From an uncultured Alphaproteobacteria bacterium (GTDB lineage: Bacteria > Pseudomonadota > Alphaproteobacteria > CAWBKL01): 64,000 nt of DNA. The notes beneath the pieces were generated by a model. It worked only from the letters and a program-made list of their open reading frames with translations. It did not search any database and was not told the DNA's origin. The stretch lies in contig CAWBKL010000005.1 of assembly GCA_963789405.1 (NCBI GenBank), forward strand, positions 455,976-519,975, written 5' to 3'. Shown piece by piece: positions 20,928-32,283 of this stretch (positions are counted from its first letter, which is position 1; each line of letters begins with the position of its first letter). The translations under genes were made by a program, and so were the position numbers.

Positions 20928-22287
20928 CTAATCGCGCGGATTGAGCCGGTCACGAGCCTTGATGAAGGGCGAGAACACGCGCTCGAAGATCTCATCGACA
21001 TGCTTGGTGTAGAAGCCAAAGTCGAAGAGTGGGCCGATCTCGTCGGGCCCGAGATATTCCAGCACCTCTTTGTCCGCAACGAGATTGGCGAGGAAGTCGC
21101 CTTGGCCGCGCCAGGCCGCCATCGCATTGCGCTGCACGAGCTCATAGGATTTCTCGCGCGAGGCACCTTTCTGCGTGAGCGCCAGCAATACGCGCTGCGA
21201 GAACACGAGCCCGCCCTGGCGTTCGAGATTGCGCTTCATGTTGTCGGGATAGACGATCAGCTTTTCGATGAGACCGGCGAGCCGATTAAGTGCAAAGTCG
21301 AGCGTGACGGTGGCGTCCGGTGCAATGCCGCGCTCGACTGATGAGTGCGAAATGTCGCGCTCATGCCAAAGCGTGACATTCTCGAGCGCGGGCGTCACCG
21401 CAGGAACGCACGAGGCGCGCAAGGCCACAAAGATTCTCCGACAGCACCGGGTTGCGCTTATGCGGCATGGAGGAGGAGCCTTTCTGGCCCGGCGAGAAAT
21501 ACTCCTCTGCCTCCAAGACTTCGGTGCGCTGCAGATGGCGGATCTCGGTTGCGAGATTCTCGATCGATGAGGCGACGACACCAAGCGTTGCGAAATACAT
21601 CGCGTGGCGGTCGCGCGGGATGATCTGCGTTGAGATCGGCTCGATCATCAGGCCCATCTTTTCCGCGACATGGGCTTCAATGCGCGGATCGACGGTCGCG
21701 AATGTGCCGACCGGGCCCGAAATCGCGCAGGTCTCGACCTCATGGCGGGCGAGGGCGAGACGCGAAAGCGCGCGCCCGAACGCAGCGAAGTGCGAGGCGA
21801 GCTTGAGCCCGAATGTCGTCGGCTCGGCGTGAATGCCATGGCTGCGTCCCACGCATACCGTCAGGCGGTGCTCGTTGGCGCGCTTGGCGAGCGCCGTCAT
21901 CACCCGCATCACGTCGTCCATCAGAATATCGGCGGCGCGCACCAGCTGGACATTGAAGCAGGTGTCGAGAATGTCCGAGGAGGTCATGCCCTGATGGACG
22001 AAGCGCGCCTCCGGCCCGACGATCTCACCCAGATGGGTGAGAAAGGCAATGACGTCGTGGCGGGTCTCGCGCTCGATCTCGTCGATCCGCTCGACATCGA
22101 ACGCCGCATCCTTGCCCTTCTCCCAGATCTTGGCGGCGGCCTCCTTGGGGATGATGCCAAGCTCGGCCATGGCGTCCGCCGCATGCGCCTCGATCTCGAA
22201 CCAGATGCGGAAGCGGGTCTCGGGCGACCAGATCGCCGCCATTTCAGGGCGGGTGTAGCGAGGGATCAAAACCGGGCCTCGGATCAA
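20928..22287 (-). CDS. purB: adenylosuccinate lyase; frameshift ~21400
   Basis: ORF 21361..22287 gives MIRGPVLIPRYTRPEMAAIWSPETRF...SSSMPHKRNPVLSENL. The continuation (ALENVTLWHERDISHSSVERGIAPDATVTLDFALNRL) lies in ORF 20928..21584. Confidence 0.9.
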
Positions 22288-22291
22288 TCAG

Positions 22292-23314
22292 TTGGGAGTC
22301 GAAAAACGCGTCGCGACCATAGCATATAGGCTGGGGTCGCGAAGGTGGCGGATGGACCTACCCAGGGAATTGCGGCTGGCGCTCGATGCGGCTCTGGCCA
22401 GTGTGAGCGCGGCGGAATTGCGGGCGGCGGCCGATCGGCTTTCGGCGCGCTACCGCGGCGAGGTCCATGACGGGCGCATGCATTTGGATAGTGAAGGCGC
22501 GGTTCTGGCCTATCTCGGCGTGCGGCTGCCCGCAACTTATGCGGCCGTCCGCGCGGCCCTCAGAGCTGTCGCGGCCGCACGCCCGGACCTTGCGCCGAAG
22601 AGTGCGCTCGATCTCGGTGCCGGGCCGGGCACCGGCCTCTGGGCGCTCGCCGATTGCTGGCCGGAGATCGAACGCGTCACCCTGATCGAGCAGAGCCAGC
22701 TGGCCCAGGCGTGGGGTGAGCGCCTGGCGGCGGAGGCCGGGATGCCGCGGGCGCTCTGGCGCTCGGGCAATCTGCAGCGCGCGCTTACACCGGAAAACGC
22801 CAGCGACCTCGTTCTTCTCAGCTATGTGCTCGGCGAGATTGCGCAAGGCCAAAGGCACACGCTCATTGAGGCGGCCTGGCCGCTCACCCGCGACACTCTT
22901 CTTATTGTCGAGCCCGGCACCTCGGCCGGCTGGGCGCGGTTGATGGCATGCCGAGAGCAATTGATCGCCTTGGGTGCCCACATTCTCGCGCCATGCCCAC
23001 ATGCCGAGCGCTGCCCACTCCAGCCGCCAGACTGGTGTCACTTCGCGGCGCGCGTTGCGCGCTCGCGGCTCCACCGCACGCTGAAGGATGGTGAGCTTGG
23101 CTGGGAGGATGAGAAATTCATCTATCTTGCCGCATCGCGGTACCCGTCCACCGAATCGCGTCCGCGACTCATTGCGCGCCCGCGCAACGCCAAGGGCCGC
23201 GTGATGCTCAAGCTCTGCATGCCCGATGGTCATGCGAATGAAACAATCATCAGCAAGCGCGACGGCGATCTTTATGCTCGCGCGCGCCGCGCCGATTGGG
23301 GCGACACGCTTTAG
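22292..23314 (+). CDS. Rsm22-family (COG5459) SAM-dependent methyltransferase
   Basis: DLGAGPGTG motif I and a Cys-rich C-terminal segment (APCPHAERCPL...WCHF), as in the Rsm22-like family. The likely true start is MDLPRELR at 22352. Confidence 0.6.
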   Translation: MGVEKRVATIAYRLGSRRWRMDLPRELRLALDAALASVSAAELRAAADRLSARYRGEVHDGRMHLDSEGAVLAYLGVRLPATYAAVRAALRAVAAARPDLAPKSALDLGAGPGTGLWALADCWPEIERVTLIEQSQLAQAWGERLAAEAGMPRALWRSGNLQRALTPENASDLVLLSYVLGEIAQGQRHTLIEAAWPLTRDTLLIVEPGTSAGWARLMACREQLIALGAHILAPCPHAERCPLQPPDWCHFAARVARSRLHRTLKDGELGWEDEKFIYLAASRYPSTESRPRLIARPRNAKGRVMLKLCMPDGHANETIISKRDGDLYARARRADWGDTL

Positions 23315-23452
23315 CCGCGATAGCTGCGCAACAACAGCATCAGCGCGCCATAGTTTCGTCGCCGTTTCGGATCAAAGCTGGTTGCGCTACACTGTATGCG
23401 GGGCCGCGCATATCGCTGATGAAGGCGGCGCGGACATTGGAGGGAGAACGCC

Positions 23453-26400
23453 ATGAATCGCTGGCTGCCGGCTGCCTTTCTTGCGGCACTATTGGTCATT
23501 GGCGGCATCGCCTATCTCGTGGTCGCAAAGCCGCATTTCGGCGGCACCAAGCCAACCAGTCAGACCACGGAGCAAACCGCATCGGGCAGACCCGCCGGTG
23601 CGGCCGGATCACAGCCGGCGGCGGTCAGCGCCTCGATGACATTCCAGCGATTGAATGTCGACACGTCTGGCGATCGCCCCGAAGCGTGCCTCGTCTTCTC
23701 GCAAAACCTCGATGCTTCCGGCAACACGAGCTATTCCGATTACGTCAAGCTCGATCCCGAGGTGCAGCATTCGGTGCGGGTGAACGGTAACGCGCTGTGC
23801 ATTGGCGGGCTTGAATACGCAAAAGATTACAGCGCCAAGATTCTCACCGGGCTGCCTTCAGTGACTGGGCAGAAGACGACCTACGAAGAGACGGTGCCGA
23901 TCTCGCTTTCGGACCGGCCGGCGGCGATCGCATTTTCCGGCGGAATCATTTTGCCGCGCGAGAGCGAAGGGAAGATCCCCGTCACATCAGTCAATGTCGC
24001 TTCGATGAAGATCAAAGTTCTGCGCGTGGGCGACCGCTTGCTTGCACGGCTCAGCGAAGGCTTGGTCGATTCAAGCGAGCTCTACGATTACGACGCCAGC
24101 CAGATCGAAGACGAAATGGGTTCGCTCGTTTGGCAAGGCACGATGGCGATCGAGGGCAAGAAGAACCAGACAGTCACGACGCTCATTCCGCTGCATGACG
24201 CGATCAAGAGCGAAAAGCCGGGCGTTTATCTCGTGCTCGCGAGCGATGCCAAAGAGAAGAACAAGATCGGCTACGACGAGAACGGCACAGCCGCACAGTG
24301 GGTCATCGACACCGATATCGGCCTCACAAGCTTCCAAGGCGCTGATGGGCTTCACATCTTTGCACGCAGCCTTTCGACGGCAAAGCCGATGTCAGGCGTC
24401 GAAATCGCGCTGGTTGCGCGCAACAATGAGGAGCTTGGGCGCGTCAAAACCGACGGCGACGGCGAAGCGAGCTTCAACGCGGATCTCCTCAAAGGCGCGG
24501 GCGGCGATACACCTGTCGTTGTGATGGCCTATGGCGGGCAGGATTTTGCCTATCTCGATTTGCGCCGGCCAGCTTTCGACTTGAGCGACCGCGGCGTTTC
24601 CGGCCGCGAGCAGCCGGGCCCGGTCGACGCTTATCTCTATCTCGATCGCGGCATCTACCGGCCCGGCGAGTCTGTCTATGTGACGACGCTCTTGCGCGAC
24701 GCATTCGTCAATTCGGTCACCGATTCACCTTTGACGCTGATCGCCAAGCGCCCGGACGGCGTCGAATATCGCCGCATCCAGCTCAATGGCGATCAAGCCA
24801 AAGCCGGCGCATATGCCGCATCGTTTCCGCTCAGCGTGACGGCGCCGCGCGGCCGCTGGCAGATCGCCGCCTATGTCGATCCAACCAGCGCTCCGATCGG
24901 CCGCGTCACGTTCGATGTGCAGGATTTCGTGCCTGAGCGCTTGAAGGTGACGCTGACGCCGAAAGCCGCATTCTACAAGCCGGGCGACATGGTTGAAGTC
25001 GGTGTTGAGGGCCGCTTTCTTTACGGCGCGCCGGCATCGAACCTGACCGGCGAGGGCGAGATGCGCGTCTCGGTCGATCCCAATCCTTTTCCGGACTTGA
25101 AAGGCTATCACTTCGGCCGCGAGGAGGAGCGCTTCCAGGATCAGGTCATCTCGTTGAAGATTGATCCGACCGATTCGAGCGGCCAGACGACAGCAACCGG
25201 CACGCTCGATCTGCCCAATGCAACAACACATCCGCTCCTTGCCATCATCAATGTCGGCTTGACCGAGCCGGGCGGGCGCCTGACGCGCCAAGAGACCAAA
25301 GTGCCGATCCGTACCGGTAATGTGATGGTCGGTATCCATCCCGATTTCAACGATGATTGGGTGCGCGAGAACACACCTGCCAATTTCGAAGTGCTCGCGG
25401 TCGATGCGAATGGCAAACAGCTCGACAAGACGAACATGAGCTATCGCATCGTGCGCGAGGTCGTGCACTATCAATGGTATCAAACGAACGGCAAATGGCA
25501 GTGGGAGCGCCAGACCCGCGATCTGCCTGTCTCCGATGGCAAGCTTGCAGTTGCACCGAACGCGCCCGGCAAGATCTCGGCGACGGAAGAGTGGGGTAGC
25601 TACCGCGTCATCGTTGCCGACAATGAAACAGGTGCCAGCTCATCCTACGAGTTCTTTGTTGGTTGGGGCGGCTCGGCGGCAAATGACCGGCCGGACCGCG
25701 TGGCCGTTTCGCTGGACAAGCAGACCTATAAGCCGGGTGAGAAGGCGACGCTCACCATTCATCCGCCGACGGACGGCAAGGCGCTGATCCTGATCGCTTC
25801 CGACCGCGTCTATCAGAAAGTGCTGATGGACGTGCCGGCATCGGGCGGAACTTATTCCTTCACCGTCGATAAGAAGTGGGGCACTGGCGTTTATGCGCTG
25901 GTCGAGCACTATCGCGGCACGGGTGAAGGCAATTCGCGCGCGCCTGTGCGCTCGATCGGGCTGGCCTGGCTGGGGGTCGATCAAAGCGATCGCAAGATCC
26001 GCGTCACGATCAAGGCACCCGACAAGGTGAAGCCGCAGACCACCGTCGACATTCCCGTGCAAGTCGATGGCGCGCACGGCAAGACCTACATAACGCTCGC
26101 CGCAGTCGATGAAGGCATCTTGCAACTCACTGATTTCGTCTCGCCGTCGCCGAGCGACTATTATTTTGGCAAGCGCAGGCTGGGCGTTGAGATCAGAGAT
26201 GCTTACGGCCGGCTAATTCAGGCGCAGGAAGGCGCGCTCGGCGCGTTGCGCTCAGGCGGCGATAATTTCGGCGGCGGCGAAGGCTTGACCGTCGTGCCGA
26301 CGCGCACGGTCGCGCTTTATTCCGGCCTCGTTGCGGTCAACGGGCAGGGCATTGCGCATGTCAAGCTCGACATCCCTGATTATGTCGGCTCACTCAGGTT

Positions 26401-28321
26401 GATGGCAGTCGCCTTCAACGACAGCCAAGTCGGCGAAGCGAACACGGATCTCATTGTACGCGATTCTGTGGTTGCCGATCTTACATTGCCGCGCTTTCTG
26501 GCGCCGAAAGACAAAGCGAGCGCGACCTTGCTCGTCGACAATGTCGAGGGACCCGCCGGCAATTACCATGTCGATGTCACGACGAGTGGCGCAGTGGTCA
26601 CGAACAAGACCAGCTTCTCGCTCAACCTTGCCGCCAAGGCGCGCCAGATCGTCAGCGTGCCGATCACCGGCGGCGAGCCCGGCATCGGGACCGTGACGCT
26701 CGACTTCCGGGGGCCGGGCAATATCCGCTTCACGCGGGCTTGGCCGATCGAAATCAGGCCCGGCCAGCGTCCGGCAACGACCGAGCAAGTGGCCGAGCTT
26801 GCGCCCGGCGCCACGCTCACGCTCGCGCGCTCCTTGTTCCAGGGCTACTACCCGGGCACGGCGAAGATGTCGGTCTCGCTGGCGTCGAACCGTGCTTATG
26901 ACGTGCCTGCGCTGCTCCGTTGGCTTGATCGCTATCCTTATGGCTGCATCGAGCAGACGACGAGCAGAGCCTATCCCTTGCTTGTCTATAACGATCTCGC
27001 GGCGCAAGCGGGCATTGCGCAGGATGTCGGCGTCAAAGTGCGCGAGCAGAACGCGATCGACAGCGTGCTCGACATGCAAAACGGCTACGGCAATTTCTCG
27101 ATGTGGGGCTGGGGCGGCAGCTCGGCCTATGACTGGCTCTCGGTCTATGCGCTCGACTTCCTGATGAACGCCAAGCAGGCGGGCTATGTCGTGCCGCAGG
27201 ATGCGTTGAACCGCGGCGACAGCTGGCTGCACGGAACGGCGGTGCAGAGCTGGGAGCCGCACGAGGTCCGCTCTTACGCAATGTATGTGCTGGCCAAGCA
27301 GGGCGCGATCAATCTCTCCGACTTGCGCTACTATCACGATACGCAGCTGGGCAAGATGGTCACGCCGATGGCGGCGGCGCATCTGGGTGCAGCGCTCGCG
27401 CAAATGGGCGATAGAAGCCGCGCGCATTCGGCCTTTCTCAAAGCCGTCGATCTTGCAAGCACGCCGATCACCGAAAAGAACATGCCGCCTTACGGCTCGG
27501 ATCTGCGTGAGGTCGCCGGCACAACCGCGCTTGTTGCGCAATCGGGCGAGACGGATTTGTTGCCGAAGCTGTTCGCCCGCACCCAGGAGCTGACGACGAA
27601 CATCGAGGACACATCGACGCAAGAAAAAGCGTGGATGTTGCTCGCAGCCTCGGCTTTGTCGAAGGCGCAAGGGCCTCTATCCGTTGCAGTCAAAGGCGTC
27701 GCCTCACTCGGCAAGGGTCCTATCTATCTCGCCGCGCTCACGCCGGATTCGGTAAATAACGTCGAGGTGAAGAACACCGGTAATGCCAAGGTCTGGTACA
27801 CGGTCGCGATCGATGGGACGCAGATCAACCCGCTGCCGGCGATGTCGCAAGGCGTCTCCATCACCAAGAGCTATTACACGATGGACGGCCAGCCGGTTTC
27901 GCTGTCGAGCCTCAAGCAAAGCCAGCGCGTGATCGTGGTGATCAGCGGGCACATGCCGGACGTAAAGCAGCGCACAATGGGCGTGATCGATCTGTTGCCT
28001 GCAGGGCTCGAGGTCGATGCGCCGCTCGGGCCGGGCGCCGAGGACACTTACAAGTTCTTGCCCGCGCTTACGCCGACCAGTATTGCGCAAAAGCGTGATG
28101 ACCGCTTCGTCGCCGCCTTCGACATTCGCGGCATGCGCCGTCTGACACCGGAGAAGAGGTGGGTCGAGATCATTCCCGACTATGCGGTGGCGTATATCGC
28201 GCGCGCCGTAACGCCGGGCTCATTCGTTCTGCCGGCGGCGACGATCGAGGACATGTACGCCCCGGGCGTGAAAGCACGCACCGACATCGGATCGATCACC
28301 GTCACCGGCCCGAATGGTTGA
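23453..28321 (+). CDS. bacterial alpha-2-macroglobulin family protein (YfhM-like), membrane-anchored, intact thioester motif
   Basis: 1622 aa. N-terminal TM anchor. Thioester site ...DRYPYGCIEQTTSRAYPLL (CxEQ). Followed directly by pbpC, as in the known yfhM-pbpC pairing. Confidence 0.9.
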   Translation: MNRWLPAAFLAALLVIGGIAYLVVAKPHFGGTKPTSQTTEQTASGRPAGAAGSQPAAVSASMTFQRLNVDTSGDRPEACLVFSQNLDASGNTSYSDYVKLDPEVQHSVRVNGNALCIGGLEYAKDYSAKILTGLPSVTGQKTTYEETVPISLSDRPAAIAFSGGIILPRESEGKIPVTSVNVASMKIKVLRVGDRLLARLSEGLVDSSELYDYDASQIEDEMGSLVWQGTMAIEGKKNQTVTTLIPLHDAIKSEKPGVYLVLASDAKEKNKIGYDENGTAAQWVIDTDIGLTSFQGADGLHIFARSLSTAKPMSGVEIALVARNNEELGRVKTDGDGEASFNADLLKGAGGDTPVVVMAYGGQDFAYLDLRRPAFDLSDRGVSGREQPGPVDAYLYLDRGIYRPGESVYVTTLLRDAFVNSVTDSPLTLIAKRPDGVEYRRIQLNGDQAKAGAYAASFPLSVTAPRGRWQIAAYVDPTSAPIGRVTFDVQDFVPERLKVTLTPKAAFYKPGDMVEVGVEGRFLYGAPASNLTGEGEMRVSVDPNPFPDLKGYHFGREEERFQDQVISLKIDPTDSSGQTTATGTLDLPNATTHPLLAIINVGLTEPGGRLTRQETKVPIRTGNVMVGIHPDFNDDWVRENTPANFEVLAVDANGKQLDKTNMSYRIVREVVHYQWYQTNGKWQWERQTRDLPVSDGKLAVAPNAPGKISATEEWGSYRVIVADNETGASSSYEFFVGWGGSAANDRPDRVAVSLDKQTYKPGEKATLTIHPPTDGKALILIASDRVYQKVLMDVPASGGTYSFTVDKKWGTGVYALVEHYRGTGEGNSRAPVRSIGLAWLGVDQSDRKIRVTIKAPDKVKPQTTVDIPVQVDGAHGKTYITLAAVDEGILQLTDFVSPSPSDYYFGKRRLGVEIRDAYGRLIQAQEGALGALRSGGDNFGGGEGLTVVPTRTVALYSGLVAVNGQGIAHVKLDIPDYVGSLRLMAVAFNDSQVGEANTDLIVRDSVVADLTLPRFLAPKDKASATLLVDNVEGPAGNYHVDVTTSGAVVTNKTSFSLNLAAKARQIVSVPITGGEPGIGTVTLDFRGPGNIRFTRAWPIEIRPGQRPATTEQVAELAPGATLTLARSLFQGYYPGTAKMSVSLASNRAYDVPALLRWLDRYPYGCIEQTTSRAYPLLVYNDLAAQAGIAQDVGVKVREQNAIDSVLDMQNGYGNFSMWGWGGSSAYDWLSVYALDFLMNAKQAGYVVPQDALNRGDSWLHGTAVQSWEPHEVRSYAMYVLAKQGAINLSDLRYYHDTQLGKMVTPMAAAHLGAALAQMGDRSRAHSAFLKAVDLASTPITEKNMPPYGSDLREVAGTTALVAQSGETDLLPKLFARTQELTTNIEDTSTQEKAWMLLAASALSKAQGPLSVAVKGVASLGKGPIYLAALTPDSVNNVEVKNTGNAKVWYTVAIDGTQINPLPAMSQGVSITKSYYTMDGQPVSLSSLKQSQRVIVVISGHMPDVKQRTMGVIDLLPAGLEVDAPLGPGAEDTYKFLPALTPTSIAQKRDDRFVAAFDIRGMRRLTPEKRWVEIIPDYAVAYIARAVTPGSFVLPAATIEDMYAPGVKARTDIGSITVTGPNG

Positions 28322-28335
28322 GCTGGCGTTGAACC

Positions 28336-30646
28336 ATGAGCGGCGAAACGCCCAAAGCTGGTTCAGCCAAAACTTCCGTCCCTGTGGGAGGGGAGAAAGG
28401 GCATGAGACTTCTAATTCACCGCCGCCTGAACTCTCTTCGTCACCCGGAGGCTCGGAGGGCCGCGGCGATCCAGTCTTCCTTTCTGGATTGCTTCCCCCG
28501 GCTCAGGACCGGGGTCGCAATGACGTCGCCAATTTGATCAAACGCTTGTTCACCAAGCCGCCGAAGAGGCGCTGGATCGAGATCGCGGCGGCCGTGTTCG
28601 CTGCGCTCACGCTGATCGTCACGCTTGATCTCGTCTTTCCGCCTGATCTCGGCCGCTACAAGGACCGCTCGGTTGAAGTGCGCGCCCAAGATGGTCATTT
28701 GATGCGTGCTTATCTTTCAAATGATGATCAATGGCGCCTGGTCACGCACCCGCAGGATGTCGATCCGCGCTATCTCGCATTTCTCAAAGCGATCGAAGAC
28801 AAGCGCTTCGATTCGCATTGGGGCGTCGATCCGCTCGCCGTGTTGCGCGCCGCCGGCCAATGGATCACTGCGGGTCACATCGTGTCGGGGGCATCGACGC
28901 TCACCATGCAGGCCGAGCGCTTGCTCGAGCCGCGCCCACGCGGGCTCGGTACCAAAGCGCTGCAGGCTTTGCGCGCGCTTCAGCTCGAGCGGCGCTATTC
29001 GAAGAGCAAGATCCTTTCGGTCTATCTCACGCTCGCGCCATTTGGCGGCAATCTCGAAGGCGTGCGCGCTGCGTCGCTTGCCTATTTCGGCAAGGGGCCG
29101 GCGCATCTGACGACGGCGCAAGCGGCGCTTCTTGTCGCTTTGCCGCAATCGCCCGAGCGCATGCGCCCCGATCGGCATCCGGCCAATGCGCGCCAAGGCC
29201 GCGACAAGGTGCTTCACCGCTTGGCCGATGATGGTGTCATCGATCAAGCAACGCTGAATGAAGCGCTGGCCGCGCCAATTCCTGATGCGCGCCGCCCCAT
29301 GCCGTTGATTGCGCCGCGTTTTGCCGATGATCTTTTTGCGACGGCCAAGCCCGGCGAGATCATCCGTACACCAATCGATTTCGAGCGCGAGAAGCAGATC
29401 GAGCGAATGGGCGCCGATGAGCAAAGATGGTTTCCCGATGGCGCCTCGATGGCAGCGATCGTGATTGAGAATCGAAACCGCGAGGTGCGCGCCTATATGG
29501 GCGGGCTCGATTATTGGGGCCGGGCGGGCCAGATCGATCTGGCGCGTGCGGTGCGCTCGCCTGGCTCGGCGCTCAAGCCGTTCATCTATGGCCTCGCTTT
29601 CGATGAGCTGCCGCTTCATCCCGAGACGATCATGCTCGATGAGCCGCTGGTGTTCGGCGATTACGCCCCGCAGAATTTCGATCACGGTTTTCAGGGTATG
29701 GTGAGCGTGCGCCAGGCGCTGCAGATGTCGCTGAACATTCCGGCCGTCGCCGTGCTCGATAAGCTTGGGCCGGTGCGCGTCGCCGAGCTCTTGAAGAGCG
29801 GCGGCGCCAAGCTGTCTTTCCCCTACACGCATGAGCTGCCTGGCCTGCCGATGGCGCTCGGCGGCGTTGGCATCAGCCTGCATCGATCTTGCACAGCTCT
29901 ACGTCGCGCTGGCTGACGAGGGCGTCTATCGCCCGCTGGTGATGAAGCTTGGGGAAAAGCAGCCTTTCGAGCAGCGGCTGATCTCGCGCCGCGCCGCGTG
30001 GTATCTCAAAGACATCCTACGCGGCTCACCGATGCCGGATGGCTGGGGGCGCGGCAGCCAAGTTCACCGGCCGCGTAAGATCGCCTTCAAGACCGGCACC
30101 TCCTACGGCTACCGCGACCAGTGGGCCGTCGGCTATTCGGACCGTTACACGGTGGCGGTTTGGGTTGGGCGCGCTGACGGCTCGGCGCGCCAGCAAGAGG
30201 TCGGACGTAACACCGCCGCGCCGATCGTCTTTAAGATTTTCGATCTCTTGCCGGCTGAGGAGAACACGCGGGACATTCCACCACCTGAGGCTGTTCTGGT
30301 TTCCGACAACACGCTGCTTCCCGAGGCAATGCAGAGGTTTTATGCGGGGCCGCAAAAGCCAGCTGGAAATGTCAGCATGCGGACAAGCGCGCCGCAAATC
30401 GCGTATCCGCCGAACGGCGCAACCTTGCAACTCGGCAACAAGCCTGCCGGCCGGCTGATTGAGCTCAAAGCGACAGGCGGCCAAGGGCCGTTGCGCTGGA
30501 TCGTTAACGGGGAGCTTTTGCCGTCCACGGACTTTCTGTCTCAGACTTTCTGGAAGGCGAAAGGTCCGGGCTTTGTGAAGTTCGTCGTCATCGATTCGGC
30601 CGGCCGTGCGGCGGCTGCGCGCGTGCGCATAAAATTCGACGGCTGA
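28336..30646 (+). CDS. pbpC: penicillin-binding protein 1C (transglycosylase/transpeptidase); frameshift ~29870
   Basis: GT51 transglycosylase motifs (EDKRFDSHWGVD, SGASTLTMQ). The transpeptidase portion continues in ORF 29831..30646 (KTGTSYGYRD). Confidence 0.85.
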
Positions 30647-31099
30647 CGTTCCGAATACGGAGCGTTTACCAAAACCTGCGCGCCGCATACCCACTGATAC
30701 TCCTTTGGTAGTTGTGCGATGCGATGTGCGCAGTAGCGCTCGCACAGGTGAAAGTCGTGAGTACGACGGCGCCATAAGGACAAAGAAGCTTCGTCGCGCT
30801 GGTGGGGAGTCAGGCTCAGCCACTTTAGGGGGCGTCTTCCCACAGCGGCCCGCCTGCAAAAGATGTGAGATTTTAGATTGATTTCTGCGGCTATCCCCTT
30901 TCTCCTGCTTGGTAAGACTTTTTGACGGCACGGGCGGGAGCGCGTACTACTTATGAGCGGCCGGGTAGGTAATGTTCGAACGATCCGGAAACCTCGCCCA
31001 GGCTGTCGTCCCGTCATTCGGGTGCCAATACTACGGCACCTCCTCCGAATGATTAGTCCGAATGTAGGTATGTAGGCGTTTCTTGTCGCGGCCCGCCCT

Positions 31100-31795
31100 T
31101 TGTCGGCCGATCCGGCGGGTATGGATGGAGCGAGAGGAATGGGGCAAGTGGATACGGTATTGGTGGGATCGAAGACCCTCATGCGCGAGGGCCTGAAGCA
31201 GTTGCTCGCTGGCTCGCTGATTCAGATCTCGGGGGAAGCGGCCCGCCTGTCGGATGTCGGTCAAACCATGAATGGCCATATGGCCGATCTGGTTTTGTTC
31301 GATGTCGCGGAGTTTCAGGACGAGGTCGCCCTGGGGGTCAAGGATCTCAAGCAGCGCTACCCGCGCCTCAAGCTGGTAATGCTCACCGATGTCTTGGACG
31401 CCGGTCAGCTCTCTGCGAGCCTAGCGGCCGGTGTCGATGGCTATCTGATGAAAGAGATCTCTTGCGAGGCGCTGCTCCAATCGCTTCAGCTGGTGATGCT
31501 GGGTGAGAAGGTTTTCCCGACCGATCTTGCAACACTCCTGGTCAACGGCACGCCGACCGCGCCGCGCAGCGGCAAGCGCGTCCTCAGCGACGAGGTTAGG
31601 AGCCGTGGTCTCTCAGAGCGGGAGATGCAAATTCTTCAGTGCTTGGCGCAGGGCGATTCCAACAAGACGATTGCCAACCGGCTCGACATCACCGAAGCGA
31701 CGGTGAAAGTTCACGTCAAGAGCCTGCTCAGGAAGATTCAGGCGAGCAACAGAACCCAGGCGGCGATCTGGGCCGTCAACCAGGGTCTGGCCTGA
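31100..31795 (+). CDS. LuxR/FixJ-family transcriptional regulator with an atypical (pseudo-)receiver domain
   Basis: C-terminal HTH: LSEREMQILQCLAQGDSNKTIANRLDITEATVKVHVKSLLRKI. The N-terminal receiver-like fold lacks the acidic DD pair (VLVGSKTL) but keeps D (LFDV), T and K. Confidence 0.7.
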   Translation: MSADPAGMDGARGMGQVDTVLVGSKTLMREGLKQLLAGSLIQISGEAARLSDVGQTMNGHMADLVLFDVAEFQDEVALGVKDLKQRYPRLKLVMLTDVLDAGQLSASLAAGVDGYLMKEISCEALLQSLQLVMLGEKVFPTDLATLLVNGTPTAPRSGKRVLSDEVRSRGLSEREMQILQCLAQGDSNKTIANRLDITEATVKVHVKSLLRKIQASNRTQAAIWAVNQGLA

Positions 31796-31842
31796 GCCCA
31801 AGCTCATCGGCCACCGAGGGAAACCAGGAACGAGGATTAATA

Positions 31843-32274
31843 ATGGGAACGATCCCGAAAAAAGTGCAGGGACTGATCAAGACCGCGTTTTCGGATGGAA
31901 GCTTCTGTCTCATCGGCAGCGTGCTGCCAGATGGCTATGCTCAAGTGACGCCGCGCGGCTCGACCTGGCCTTATGATGATGACCACATCATGCTTTGGGA
32001 GCGTGGCCGGGGCTCCACCCATAATCACATGAAGGACGGCGAGAAACTCACTGTCTTCTATATGAATTTAGGCAAGCGTGAAGTTCTGCCGATCGGCGGC
32101 CTTGCGCGTCTTTACGGCACGGCGAAGGTCTATAAATCGGGCCCGGTTTACGACAAGGTCTGGGATCTAACGATCGAGCCCGAGAAGAAGGGCGACCCCG
32201 AGAAGAAGGGCTATGCCGTTCTCATCAAGATCGAGCGCACCGAGGATTTGCTCGGCCAGTTGATCACGGACTGA
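31843..32274 (+). CDS. pyridoxamine 5'-phosphate oxidase-like FMN-binding split-barrel protein
   Basis: 143 aa; GSVLPDGYAQVTPRGSTWPYDDDHIMLWERG fits the PNPOx-like family. Contains an EPEKKGDPEKKG duplication. Confidence 0.6.
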   Translation: MGTIPKKVQGLIKTAFSDGSFCLIGSVLPDGYAQVTPRGSTWPYDDDHIMLWERGRGSTHNHMKDGEKLTVFYMNLGKREVLPIGGLARLYGTAKVYKSGPVYDKVWDLTIEPEKKGDPEKKGYAVLIKIERTEDLLGQLITD

Positions 32275-32283
32275 TCCGGCGGG

